Shown here piece by piece: positions 26,570 through 39,233 of a stretch of 64,000 nt of DNA. The stretch covers positions 36,706,001 to 36,770,000 of the forward strand of contig NW_024704743.1 in the NCBI RefSeq assembly GCF_018977255.1, written 5' to 3'. Within the stretch, counting starts at the first letter, position 1. The number at the start of each line of letters is the position of its first letter. The DNA is from Callorhinchus milii. Lineage: Eukaryota. The notes under the pieces are model-generated. The model was not told the DNA's origin and searched no databases. It saw nothing but the letters and a program-made list of their open reading frames with translations. The position numbers were made by a program, and so were the translations under genes.

Positions 26570-27010
26570 AGCTACAGCTTGGGGTTCCCAGAATGTGTGA
26601 TGAGGTATTGCTAGAGCCCAATCAACTAAAACCACACAGCTTGCCATTGAGAGCACTGCCTGGCAAGCTTTCCCACTGCTTGTTCAGCCGGGACCATTAC
26701 CTGTGAGGGATTTGCATTAGGAGCTGAGTGGGAAGAGTACCTATCCCTAGAGACTGGAATGTCCTTCCAAGTTCTGCCATTGAGCCATGCTGGCTGGGCT
26801 GTCATCAGCATTGCTCTAAATACTGAGGATCCACCTGGCTCATGAAATGGACCACCGAGACCGCCACAGAGGGCTAGCTCCATTCCGACATTCCATTGCC
26901 AAGCATGTCATCTTGAAGCCAGTTCAGCTTTCCCTGCTTATCTCCCTCCCAAGAAAGATAATTACTAGTTGGTCATTTGATGTCTGACAACCACGGGTTT
27001 GGACCCTCAC
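26570..27010 (+). repeat. Unclassified interspersed repeat, copy 2
   Basis: Colinear with 53940-54380(-) over about 400 bp and with 6900-7100. Confidence 0.7.
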
Positions 27011-27096
27011 TACGTGGAAAAATTTTAAGTAAAATTCAATCTTAATTTAGAAGAAGGCTTTCTTCAAAAAGTTCTTAAAAAGAAACAGCTTTTTAA

Positions 27097-27708
27097 GATG
27101 GAAGCCATCATCCTTGGCTCCCGTCAAACCCTTCTCATCTGCAGTTCTGAACTGCTTAACCTTCCCTGCCTATCTTCAGACTCACAAAACCTGTAAGCAA
27201 CCTTGGCTTCAGGTTTGATCTTCAGTTATCCTTCATATCCAGTCGCTAACCAGTACTGCCATCCTCCACATTATCCTCCTTATTGCCCCATCTTATTTCA
27301 AACGCTATTGGAATTCTCATTCATGCTTTTGTCACCTCCCACCTGATTTTTCCAATGCACTCCTCACCGGTCTCTCCACAAACAAGATCTCCTATAAATA
27401 AGGTCAAAATGATTCAAAACTCTACCGACTGTGCCCTCACCTATACAAGACTCTATGTGCTATCACCCCAGTTCTTGCCAGGCTCCACTGGCACAGAATG
27501 GATCAATTTCACGACCCTCACTCTCACTTCTAAATTTCATCTTGTTCTGGCACCTCCCACCTCTCCAATCTGCTCACACCCCATTCTACCCGTCATTTCA
27601 ACTGCGCCTTTGGTCACCTCTCCTTCTTTAGTTCGACATTAAACCATTAAGTACTCCAAGATACTACCCGCGTGAAGGGTGGAATATAAATGCAAATTGT
27701 TGTGTTTG
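27097..27708 (+). mobile_element. Degraded L2 fragment
   Basis: ILIHAFVTSHL, KVKMIQNS; remnant tail. Confidence 0.7.
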
Positions 27709-28597
27709 TTGGCTTTCAAATTAATTGAATTTATGAATCTGAACAAAAGTCAAGACTATTTTACAATTTAGTGCAGTTTTAAATTTTTAGATAAATGGTC
27801 TTAGGGCCAAAAATTAGGTAGAATTTCAGGCCTCTGAATCCCACAATTGTGCTTTCAGGGGAGTTTTCAGAGAAAAATAAATAGACTGCTTTTAGATAGC
27901 TTGAATATTGTTGTTTCTGTGTGTTTAAAAATAAATACATATGAAAACATATAAGAACATAAAAACAGTATGAGGCACCGATAAACACATAGCACAACTG
28001 AGTGGTGGGAAATGGGTTTGTGCTTCTAATCGACCACACTGCTGTGTTACTGAGAAGTAGCCAATGCAAATCAGGTGGCTAAGGGGGGTATCTTTATTGA
28101 GCCATTGTCACATCTATTGATGGCTCAAAGTAACAATGTTAGTCATCTGGGAGCAGATTGACAGGAAGGAGGAATAAAATAGCTTTTGTTTTGTAAAAGT
28201 GGGCATTTGTACGTTGGTGCACTAATTTATTTTAATTAAAAAATATTTTAGATCAAACTTAGAGATTGACAGGTTTGTTAAGCACGAGCAGAAAAGGCTG
28301 TACCATGCAGCATTCATTTCCCAAGACAACACGTCTTTTTGAGAAAGTGCATTGTCTGGTAGCAAGGTGTCAGAGAAAATTTAAAGAATCGATTTCGGTA
28401 CTGAAAATGAAAATGAGTCTTCAGGGGTGAAAAAGGGCTGAGGTTAATCAGATAATGAATAGCCTGAGAGGCACCACTAATGCCTCTGGTTTTAAGTCTG
28501 TGTATCTTTGGTTAGCAACACAAAAGTAATACGATGGATGATGTCAAAAGGACATTGTTGCTATTGGAAACCACCTGGGCTGCTTCGACTGTACTAG

Positions 28598-29395
28598 TGT
28601 TAGAAAATAAAATCAGCCATAATCCGTTTGCAACCAGATATCTGACTGTTTTATTATTATTCGTTCGTTATTCCCCAATATCCCGACGGGTCAGACCAAA
28701 GGCCGGTACAATCAACAGATCTTATAACAGAACAATACCACCGTAGATATCTCGAGTTCAACACTGTGTCTTTACAGCACAAAAGCTTGATTCTTCATGC
28801 TTTCAGTCTTCTTGCTTACAGCTTTCAATCTTCCATCTGATATCCTCAGTCTTAGTGTTTCTAGCTCTCAGTCTTCCATCTCCTGTACCCTTGTCTCCGC
28901 AGCCCGGGATGGTCCCATCTTGCGTACCCTTGTCTCCGCGACCCAGGACGGCCCCGTACACAAAGTTATCGGAAATCTTATACCGATGTTCGTCCAATCA
29001 TGGTGCGGACATTAGATCATCTGGTCAAAATCATGCTGGGTTCACGTGAACACCTCATGGGATGTACGTGACTCAGCACACATACACATTGTCATTAAGA
29101 CTCCTGTTATCTGATGCTTGTTATTTTGTAAGGTGGGATCATTAGTACATTCCTTTTAAGTGACTGGTTATTTCTTATCAGTATCCCGGGATGGTACCAA
29201 GGTCCTCTAGTTTTAGCAACTTGCTTGTTAGCTGCTATTCTTGAGGGTTGCCTTTTGTTGCTCTTGAGTTAATCATGAGCGTCAGTCCAGTTGCCCCCCA
29301 CACTTCACTTAAAAGTTAACTTAAAAGTTAAAAGTTAACCCTTTCGCAACATCTATTATGATTCTAACATTATACAGAAAGTGTAAATTCTAACA
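28598..29395 (-). mobile_element. Solo LTR (798 bp), ERV- or Gypsy-type
   Basis: TG...CA ends with 8-bp inverted termini TGTTAGAA/TTCTAACA; exact 4-bp TSD CTAG (28594-28597, 29396-29399); minus-strand TATAAG (28977-28982) and AATAAA (28650-28655); 39-bp-period internal repeat. Confidence 0.85.
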
Positions 29396-31079
29396 CTAGT
29401 ACCAATGTACTGCCCCAAAATGGTTACCAGATGAGACAAGGTATTTAACCCTTAATGATCAGTAGCATTCAACAGACAGAAAAGGTTTGACAGCCTGAAC
29501 AGCTTGTATTAAGGGATCTTGTATGAGGGCAGATCAGATAAAGCCCTAGTTTCTTTTTTTGGAGGTGGAGGGAGTGGGGGTTCACATGATGACAGAATGC
29601 AAAGGTATCAGAAATTGAGAGTTGCTGCTCCACAAATTTATTGAATGGGATGATCGTGATTGTGGAAAGAATTTGCCTTGTTGCTAATAATGGCAGGTTT
29701 ACAGTTTTAATTATATTAAGGGCATCGGTAACAGTTCACTACCAGTGTACCTCTATTCTCATTCTCGGCTGAATTTTTAGGAAAATGTGTTTCGTGCCAA
29801 GTGTTTGTTTCTGCAAAATTGAAACCCATCTAGATCCTTAAAGGTTTAAAACTAAAGTCAGTGCCCTGAGGGAGCTAAATCATGGAGCTGCGATACAAGA
29901 GGCTAACAAAATAAAGGAATAGATTCAGTACCAATGCATTTTGTTACTTGACTTTTAAGTATATTTTTTGAAAAGCTGAGTGAATGAGTGCAAGGGAAAC
30001 AGTGAGTAAAATTATTTGGTTGCCTGATGTGGGGGTGTTGTGAATTCTTGCAATTTAATCTGAGGGTAGGAAATTGCAAGGAGGGTCTTGGAGCAAGATA
30101 AAGCGTTCTGCCAGAGTTCCAGAGATTAAATGGCTGACAGAACCCTTTGAAGTCAGACCGTGCCAGACAGCCTCACTCATCAATAGTGTGGCAGTAATTT
30201 TATGGAAAAGTTGGTAATCTGCTGTCCACTTGGAATGCAGACTAGACATTTAGTAAATAGAAAAGTCAGTCAATGGTAATGATTCTTTTTAATTGATTTA
30301 ATTAGCAGCAATCTATAGAATAGAACAGTGCTTTTTAAATTAGATGGCACAGAATGTTACTGAACATTATGTGCTTGATAACACAGCAGTCAGGAACTTG
30401 CTGTCACAAATGTTATTTACATTCTGAAGTTGCTGCACTCAGATCAGCCTGTTTGGTAATGTCAGTGATGGTGCAGTGTATGAATTTACCACAATTCGCC
30501 CTTGTACAATAAGTTTGATCTGTTGATAACAGCTGGATGATCATAATAGTGTGTAATATAATAATAATCATAGTAATAATAATCCTTACATTTAGTATAG
30601 CACCTTTCACATGAAAGGATATCCCAAAGTGCTTCACAGGAATTACTGTAAAGTGCAGTGACTCTGTGTTTTGCGGGCGAAAATACCAGCCAATTTATGC
30701 AGAGCAATGTACCCTAAACAGCCATGAAGTGAGCGACCAGTTTTATCTGGGCATATTGGCCAGGATACCGAGAGAAACTTCCTTCTTTTTTTGAATTGTG
30801 CCATGGGACTGTTAACATCCACCTGAATAAGCAGACAGGGCCTTGGTTTAATGTCTTATCTGAAGGACAGGACTGTCAGAATATCTGACAGAACTCTGCT
30901 GAAATTCAGCTCATAAACCCATAAATGAAACATAAGATGTTTCCAGGATCCCCAAAATGGCGCAGTGTGTTGAAGCATATCCATGTCCCTCCCCCCACCC
31001 ACGTAAAGCCCCCCTACCACGTCCACCACCTACATGCAGCAAAAAACTTTTCATTAGTCACAAAAGAATTATCCAGTCA

Positions 31080-31432
31080 TCTCAAAGCATTCTCTTCATG
31101 CTCTGGTACTTCCCTACCTCTCCTACCTGCTTATTCCCCAATCCACTACCTTTGCTCAACTGGCTCTTGCCTCCTGCTTGTCCCTTGTGCTCTCCATTCC
31201 ACCATCAGTGGCTACACTTCAGCCTCTACACCCCGAAACTCTGGAACACTCTCCCTCAATCCCTCCTCCTCCTCAGCCCCTCCTTCCCTATCTTTGGTCA
31301 CGCCTGAAGACGTTCCTCTCGACCATGCTTATACTCACCCCCATCCCCTAACTCGATTTCAGGCTCTGGCACTGTCAAGCGTTCTGAGACGTTATCCTGC
31401 TTGAGGGGCTCGATATAAATGCAAGTTATTAT
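31080..31432 (+). mobile_element. Degraded L2 3' fragment
   Basis: FSLYTPKLWNTLPQSL and tail remnant. Confidence 0.68.
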
Positions 31433-33084
31433 TTCAGCCCACTTTGTCTTGTACCCCACTTCCTGAAGCTTCCCCGACATCTCTTTACCTCATTCCTTTC
31501 CCCATCTTCAAACCCTTCTTAAAAATCTCTCCCTACCATCCCTGAAGTATTTTCGAAATGTTCATCCAACATGGAAAGAGTTTTATTGTTACCAAGTAGA
31601 ATAATGCACACAGTCTTGTAATTATTAAGGCATGCTATGCTTTGAAGAAATACTGTGAGATTAAAGTATGAAATGTAGGAGAAAAGCAAATTCAGTGACC
31701 ATAAATGTAACACCATGTATGAGCTAAGGCACTGCAGAGTTTTCGTGGAACACAGATAGCACTCATTCCTCTAACAATGCATCAGCTTCAGTTTGCAGCC
31801 ATCAAGGGATGCTGTTTCCAGGGAGATGCCCTTTAAACCCTTATGATATTACCCTCCAGTGTGCACTCAGCTCCACATAAACATGTGCCAGATCACATAC
31901 TCCCTGCTCTGCTGGTTGGCTCGCCACAGCAAGATTCTTATTGACAAAATCAACCAAACCCATTTGAAACTTTTCTTTTTTCCTGCCTGGCATTTGAAAC
32001 CATTTGAAAGAATGCACTTACAGCTGTTTCTTTCAGCTGGTCATCCAGCGCCACAGCGAGTGAGATATATCCAGCAGATGACTGAAATGCCTTGTGCTAT
32101 GTTTGGAATGAGAGAGTGAGTCATTCATAATGTCTGCTGCACATACCAGTCTTGGTATTCCAAAAATTGTGGTATCTCATTGCATTTCATGAAGAAGACA
32201 AGTTGGACTATTGCCAGGTTTTAAAGTCAGATAAGGATAGTGAAGGTAGATTGTTGGTGTTCTTTGCTCTGAGCTGCCTTGTTTGTACATTGTATCTTCT
32301 ATTAAGCTAAGTGCTATTCTATGAACTCTCCTACGCCCGTTTACATGTACTGTTCATTGCTTATCAACTAGATTTGATTTGTGGGTGACCAAAAAAGGGC
32401 ACATAATTAACCTGATGTAAGACTTTCTTTTAGTTGTTGCAGGTCTCTGTTTTGCCTCCAGATATACCTTGTATAAATTGAGGTTAACCAGGATTTTGTA
32501 TTCTGCAATCCCTCCGATTCAGACACAGATCAGGCACTTCACTGTGCCATACAACAACCAAATCCTGTGCTGCAATACTAAAGGCATGTTGCTGGTCAGA
32601 GCATTAGCTTCCCAAGCTATCAATTAGAAAGCCTCTGAATATAGTTCCTTCCTTCTCCTATACTTAGAACTTCCTACTGACATGAAAAGCACTATATAAA
32701 TCTAAATTTGTATTGTATAACCAATCTGTTATAACAAAGCACTTTCTAACAGGATTCCACTGTATTTATTATAATAATAATAATAATGATAATAATAATA
32801 ATAGTCCTGTATTTGGTATAGAAGCTTATCACATCGTATTTGAAAAGAGAAGTGTTCTAACCAGCAAATTCCAAATAAATTAAAGTTTCATTTCACAGTT
32901 GTTTATGGAACTTTGTTGCGTGCAAAATGATTGCTGCATTTGCCTATAAAAACATCACTTAACAGAGATTGCAAGTGAAGTGATTTGAAATGTTTAGACA
33001 TTATTTGGGCATATAATCAAGGGCAATGATATTACATATTAATTTTCAGAGCTGACAAGTGGGGAAAGGGGAAATATATATATA

Positions 33085-33541
33085 ATAAATAATCCTTGCA
33101 TTTGATATAGTTCCTTATCACGTAGTTGAGACTTCTCAAAGCACTTCACAGAACATATTGTAAAATAGATTGACTGTATTTTGTGGGTGAAACACAGCAG
33201 TGTCCTACAAACAGTCATGGATCAAATGACCAAATTTATTTTTCAGGATTTATTACCCCTGGAAAACGATCTGCCAATTAACTAAAACAAAGGGCCATGG
33301 ATCCGAAACATTGACTCACTTTCCTTTCTCCATAAATGCTGCCTGACCTGCTGAGTGATCCCAGCGACTTCTGTTTTTGTTTGTGAACTAAAAAATGGGT
33401 TTCTATTTACTGCTAGGGAAACAGAGGTGTGTAGAGTAAGGAAATTTGTCTAACGTTTTGCCTTTCACCGAGCCTGGGAATCAAACCCGTGTCCTCTTGC
33501 TTGCTAGGTGAGCGTGCTAACCATTAAGCTACAGGAATCCA
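33085..33541 (-). mobile_element. Long-subtype SINE interrupted by a pLTR/hammerhead fragment
   Basis: SINE homology on both sides of 33288-33385. Confidence 0.82.
33288..33385 (+). mobile_element. Penelope-type pLTR fragment (5'-truncated hammerhead), flanked by AACTAAAA
   Basis: agggccatggatccgaaacattgactcactttc...gctgcctgacctgctgag matches 1333-1420; aactaaaa at 33280-33287 and 33386-33393. Confidence 0.75.
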
Positions 33542-35044
33542 CAGTTGACACAACATTGACAACGGAACACCATTTTTGTATAGTTTGAACCCCAACCAAT
33601 AAAGCATACTCCCCTCCTACACACACTCCAAACCCCCACTTGCTCTCTTTGCATTCAGTCTGGTTAAAAATGTTTATAAAAAATAGCGACTTTATTTGGT
33701 GGTCAATTTGGTGGTACCTGTGGATATCTGCGCACATTAGACTCATGAATATATAATTTTGAGGCCTCAACAGGGTATAAAGGTGCTCTTAACTAAATCA
33801 AAGGGCAGATAGAATTTGAGTTCTTTAATGAGGCTAAATGCAATGCATTTAACCGAATCAAAATTAAAATGTGATGCTCCTTTACAATACTACATTGATG
33901 TTAATGGAATATCTTCTCTGGATAAAATATTAAACTGAGGTCCTGTCTGCCCATTCAGGTGGACATCAAAGATCCCAATGTATTATTCAAAAAGTGAAAG
34001 GAGTTTCTCCTGGTGGTCTAGCCAACATTCCCCAGATAAAATTAGTTAATTCATGGCTCTCTGTGTAACACTGCTGTGTCCTAATTGGCTGCCATTTGCA
34101 AAATGAACATTCACTTTACAGTAAATCCTGTGAAACGCTTTGAGACGTGCTCCGACATGAAAAGAGCTATATCAAATACAAAGATTGTCATTCTCATTAT
34201 TAATTTGGCTGAGGCTTGAAGCTCTACCCCACTTGGATATCACTTTAGCATTTTGATTTCCTTATTTTGATTGTTGTTCAAATCTAGTTGTCATCATTAA
34301 CAACAACAAATTACATTTATACAGCGCCTTTCATGATGGGAGGACATCCTAAGGCGCTGGGTCAACAGTTGATGGGGCATGTAGGTATGCTTACTTTGGG
34401 AAGCAATAAAATGGCTGTCCATATCATTTGTAAAGATTATCTTGGTGTGGAGTTTTCAGCAGCAAAGTGTTAAATCCAATCAATGTATGTCAGCAGAATG
34501 AATGATTACATTGAGATCAATTGTTTGTTCTCAATTGTCCTGGGATTGCTGCTAATTGTAGACTGCTGCACTGGTAACTTTAGGGTGTGAAATATTAAAA
34601 CCGTTCTGTACGTGAGAGCTAAGAGGTGCCTTCTATTTTAGAGAAATTGGAAGCTTTCGAGTAGATGCAGCAGGATATTGCAGCTTTAAAATTTAATGAT
34701 TCAGCCATGTCTGTATGATCTTGTAAAGACTGGTGACCTTCCTAATAAGTTTTCAAACCCAGTTAGAAATCTTGGCAGGCTACCCAATCCAATTAGTTTC
34801 ATCAGTTTTGCTGCAGTTGCTAAATACAGGACATTGAAGCATTGTTGACAATGTCCTATCCTAGAAACAAAATATATATTTTGTATACATATCACTACAT
34901 GTATAATATGATCACTCTGACTACTGTATTAAGATAAATTAACTGTATTTAACACTTTCTTTGCCTTTTTGACTTTGATGCTATTTATGTTTGAATGATT
35001 GCACATAAATTTAGACAGTTACACTTTCCTCATGGCTCTGTTGC

Positions 35045-35385
35045 TAAAACGATGGCCTAAAGTGTATGTGTGACCTACACACCAAGCCTGTCCCAGGTTT
35101 GATTCCTGATCTCAGTTCTGGCAGTGATGGGGGTGTTATCGTTGGCCTGAGAATCCTTGAGGTAGAAAAAGAGGTGGCAATTGGGTTCCCAATACAGTCC
35201 AATAATCTCTGTCGGAAAGCGAGATGAAGAAAACATAGGCTGCTGACATGTTGTTGAATAAGCTGCTGACATTCACTGTCTAGACTCTCACACGAGGAAT
35301 AGCAGCTTGACTGAGAATTGGAGGATGTCTGGTGCCTGTGGAACTGTACACCAGCATGAGTCAGTTCCTTCAAAAATGAAAATTA
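35045..35385 (+). mobile_element. Ancient tRNA-derived SINE (AmnSINE2-like by recall)
   Basis: ccaggtttgattcctg...gaataagctgctgacattcactgtctag...cctgtggaactgtacaccagca; related pieces at about 160-330, 14060-14210, 41795-41860 and 59040-59288(-). Confidence 0.5.
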
Positions 35386-36561
35386 GAAAACAAAGGCAAT
35401 AATACTGGTTAGGAGCCAACTATTTTTTTACTGGGCCACGTAAAAGAACATTTGATTTCTTTACTTATATGGCTTCATAGCATTGGTGGAAAATAAGAGC
35501 TTGGATATTTTTCAAGGGACAAAGTGATGACTCCAAAAAGAAAGATGAGTTCCAGAAACATTTTGATCTTAAATTCCTCAAAATAAGCATAACTGAAAAT
35601 ATTGTGTAAGGAGTGTGCCATGAATAAAAATCAACTACCTGAAGTCTCTTTTTTCCAGTAAAAACCAGCAATTTGTGCTGGTGTGATGGACAACTATTGT
35701 AAATCTACAAAAAAGATTAAGTCACAATTGTAATTCGAAACCATTGTCTTTTTTAAAATATTCATTAATTATTTCATGTATTGAAGCTTTCTGTGAGGGA
35801 AAATGCATTGTTATTAAACTCTGAATTCACAGATGATGCATGTAAGTTTATGTACCAAGTGGCTTTTATATTTTCCATTTGCAACAGAACCTCCCATAGA
35901 AGGTCTACAAGTTTTTAAGCTATCCTTAAAACTAAGCAGCAGGCTTACTAAACACAGAATGAAACATCCCATTTGTTGGAATCAGATTGTTTGAGTGTCA
36001 GAACACTGGCATTTTTCTCATTTAAATTATGCCATACAGCTCTTTTAAATGTATTTTTCCGACTCTCTGTGGAAATGGCACTAGGCTACAAAGTGTGTCT
36101 GAAAGATCGGGCCTCTAATTCTCCACAGTAAATAAAATCTATTGCAAATTCAATTTATCTTCGCTTGACCAAACGCATCTCTTTTGTTGTTTGTCACGTG
36201 CATAGTTAATACAAAGTGCGGAAAAATTTTGCTTTACCTTAACAGCTCCTTATAAAGCGTTCAAGTACAGTACAGTATTGCTTTTTCAGTCACTAGCTTT
36301 GATCAATAAGGCAGGGAGCCAGTCATTTCCAATAAACTTTGACATTATTCCTGTTTATTAGGTGTATGTGGAGCTCAATTACAAACTGCATTAGTCGGAG
36401 GTCAGTGTTCCAGATCACTGACCTATAGATTTTAGCAGTGTTGTCATTCACATTGAGTCTTAAAGTTATGCATTCAGTAGCATAAATAATATGTCTCCAT
36501 TAATGGGGACACATTCATTGCCTGTGTTTTAATTAACATGATGGTACATCTTGCTTTTCAG

Positions 36562-36610
36562 ATTGATAGAAGAAAGCCAACTTGTGACCACTCTTTTCCA
36601 AGTGATTTTG
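36562..36610 (+). CDS. ULK4: ULK4 internal coding exon (49 nt): (R)LIEESQLVTTLFQVIL
   Basis: ttgcttttcAG acceptor, TTG|gtgagt donor, phase 2 to 0; resembles recalled ULK4 LVEESKLIPLIFEVTL. Confidence 0.9.
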
Positions 36611-37018
36611 GTGAGTATTAAGAATGAAGTTACTTTTCTGGGGGAATTACTTTTTCCTTTCCTCCAGGAGCCTCGTTCCCATGCTGCAGCCTTCTCTAAT
36701 CAGGAGAGCAGGATGGTCTGAGCCATGCAATTATCCACCACTTAGCAGTGTTACTCCAATATCAGTGGATCCAACCACCTATGTCAGTCTCTTTCCACTT
36801 CCCCCAAGTTTAAATATTAAATATTAGGTAGGATCTAGATTTAAGATATGGGGGACTTAATTTTTTGGATCCTTCTAATTCCTGGGACAGGAACAACTTG
36901 CATTTATGTAGCACCCTTCACGCAGGGTTGCATTTCAGAGACCTGGGAGCATCTTGGAGCGGGACATGGTCTTTCTAAAAGGATTTAAATGCAAGAACTT
37001 TCCTTAGACATAGTTACA

Positions 37019-37192
37019 CAGTGAAATTTGGTTAATTCAATATCAGATAATTGAATAGTTCGGTTACCTGAATAGAATTTAGAGCTCCGGAAGATGAGTC
37101 TCCTATTATGTTTAGCCCGGTTATATGAATAGTTTGGTTTATCGAATAATTTGCACTGTCAAATTGAGTATTCAGTTAACAAAATTTCACTG
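37019..37192. mobile_element. Tc1/mariner (pogo/Tigger-like) MITE
   Basis: TIR CAGTGAAATTTGGTTAA / TTAACAAAATTTCACTG followed by TA; internal repeat tgaatagtt(c/t)ggtta. Confidence 0.72.
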
Positions 37193-38788
37193 TATCATGT
37201 TCTCCTTTTTAATAATAAAAATAATAATCCTTGCATTTGATATAGCACCCTATCATGTCATTGAGACATCTTAAAAAGCTTCATAGAATATATTGTGAAG
37301 TGGATTGATTGTATTTTGTCGGCGAATGTATAATGTCTAAGGAAGCCAGCAGGTAAGGTAATAACTGTATTAAGTTTTCAGCCTAACTGGGCAGAACCTT
37401 CTCTGCAAAGTGCAGGGTTTTTTTTCAATAACCAGTTATTAATAACCATCCTGCTTTTTTCTGCTGATATGTACTAGCTTTGATGTACTATGTTTACTTA
37501 AGTTCAGTTGTGTGTTTGGTCCACTAGTGTTATGTAGTATTTTTCTCTATTAAGGATTGGAAGGATGAATTGTCCTTTTAAATGCCTGTTAAAACCATTC
37601 AGATTTTGTTTTAACGTGAGGAAAATTGGTATGCATGATATGCAGTAATAGGCAGCTGTCCACATCAGTTGTCTACAGGCTGTACTTCAAAGTCTTTAAC
37701 ATTTAAAACCCCATCTTCACAATTTTACCATTGACACACTAAAACGGATAAGGTTTCAAAATCAACGTTTCATATCTGTGGAGCATTCCAGTTCTAACAC
37801 AGGATAGTGAACCATCAACCTGCCATTTAAATTTAATTAAATCTGCCAATTGCTCCTTTGGCAGTATTAGCAGCAGAGAAACATTAAGCAAGGAAGAAGG
37901 ATATTTGGTCTATTGTCTCTGTGTCATTGCTACCTCTGCTTTTTAAGTACTTTTTTTATTAGTCCCACTTTCTAGCTCTTTCCCAGTGCCCTTTTATTGT
38001 TTTAACTATTGGTATTGTGATCGTGTATTTAGGAATAATTTACTGACACAGATTATGCAGGCAAATTAAAACAATTCTGCAGCTTATGGAAGCAGCTGTT
38101 TGCCCTTAACTTTGAGATGCAGCCAAACATGGCAATAAAAAGCCGGAACAAAATTTATGTTCCTCTCCAGAAATATCCTGATTCTGAACAGTGTAAGTTA
38201 ACAAGTCTTTACTTCCAGATTCACATTGGTACTCTTGTAGCCCTGACAAGAGCCTGAATGATTTGTAACTGAACAGATGCCAACAGATCAACAGATCATG
38301 CTATTAATTTCTGCTCACTTATGTCCCCCTCCCAACTCCCTCCCACCCACTCCACCCCCCCCCCCCCCACCCCCAATCTCACTCCCCTTGACCAATTTCT
38401 TCTCTCATATTTACTTCACAACAGAAATCTGAATCTGAACAGGACCTGGAGCCAAAATACCCCACCTTTTTATTTACAACAACAACTTGTATTTACATAG
38501 CGCCCTTCCTGCCAGGTGGCATCTCAGAGCAGTTAAACAAACAGTTTTCTCATGGGGCAGGTTTTGCAATAAAGCAGGTTATAGAGACAAAACATCAATT
38601 GGCGCGGGCTTGATAGGCTAAGTAGAATGTTCCTGTTTCTGCAAATTAAGAATAATCCTTACATTTGAGCTCTGAAAGCGAATCACAGGATTGATTGTAA
38701 AGTATAGTGAATGTGTATTTTGCCAGTTTGCACTCAGTAATATCTCACAAACAGCCATGAAATGAATGACCAATGTTATTCAAGATAT

Positions 38789-38950
38789 AAACACAGAAGT
38801 CACTGGGAACACGCAGCAGGTCAGGTAGCATTCATGGAGAGAGAAAAATGAGTTAAAGTTTCAGGTGAATGATCTTTGGTCAGTTCTGACTAAAGGTCAT
38901 AGACCTGAAATGATAACTTACCAGATTTTCACCATCTGCAATACTTTGCC
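38789..38950. mobile_element. Palindromic double-pLTR element with two back-to-back degenerate hammerheads
   Basis: Arms 38851-38883 and 38886-38918 are reverse complements (26/33); right arm agtt-CTGACTA-a-AGGTC-ata-GACCT-GAAA-tgat-aact. Confidence 0.72.
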
Positions 38951-39035
38951 TAATATTATTTAATAAACTGTTAGCGAGGACACCGGGAGAATCCCCCAAT
39001 CTTTAGGGGGTCAGGGAGGGTAAGTAACTAATCAC

Positions 39036-39233
39036 CTGGTCCAATAGAAAAGTGCCTCATGTTTAGTTTTTATCAATAAAGTGAAAAAATGTAGGTTGGA
39101 AGTAAACTGTACCTCAATAGGACCAATCAACACCCTGCCATTTTCTGCAAAATATGTAAAAAATGCCCCCGCAATTTGCCCAAATCTCCCCACAATTTGT
39201 GGCAAATATTTCCGAACTTTTCTATTGGCCCAG
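39036..39233. mobile_element. 198-bp MITE with 18-bp TIRs and a perfect 8-bp TSD
   Basis: CTGGTCCAATAGAAAAGT / ACTTTTCTATTGGCCCAG (17/18); CTAATCAC at 39028-39035 and 39234-39241. Confidence 0.85.

Larger units (their letters stand above)
26198..27833. mobile_element. PIF/Harbinger-like MITE expanded by nested insertions
   Basis: Perfect TIR AGGCCTGAAATTCTA / TAGAATTTCAGGCCT, weaker pairing further in, CTG direct repeat on both sides; contains SINE, unclassified repeat and L2 pieces. Confidence 0.62.

Noticed and set aside
28097..28128. Small hairpin ttgagccat...atggctcaa (also gttctaaca...tgttagaac at about 25332-25360)
   Set aside because: 9-bp stems are expected by chance in 64 kb and are too short for a pre-miRNA
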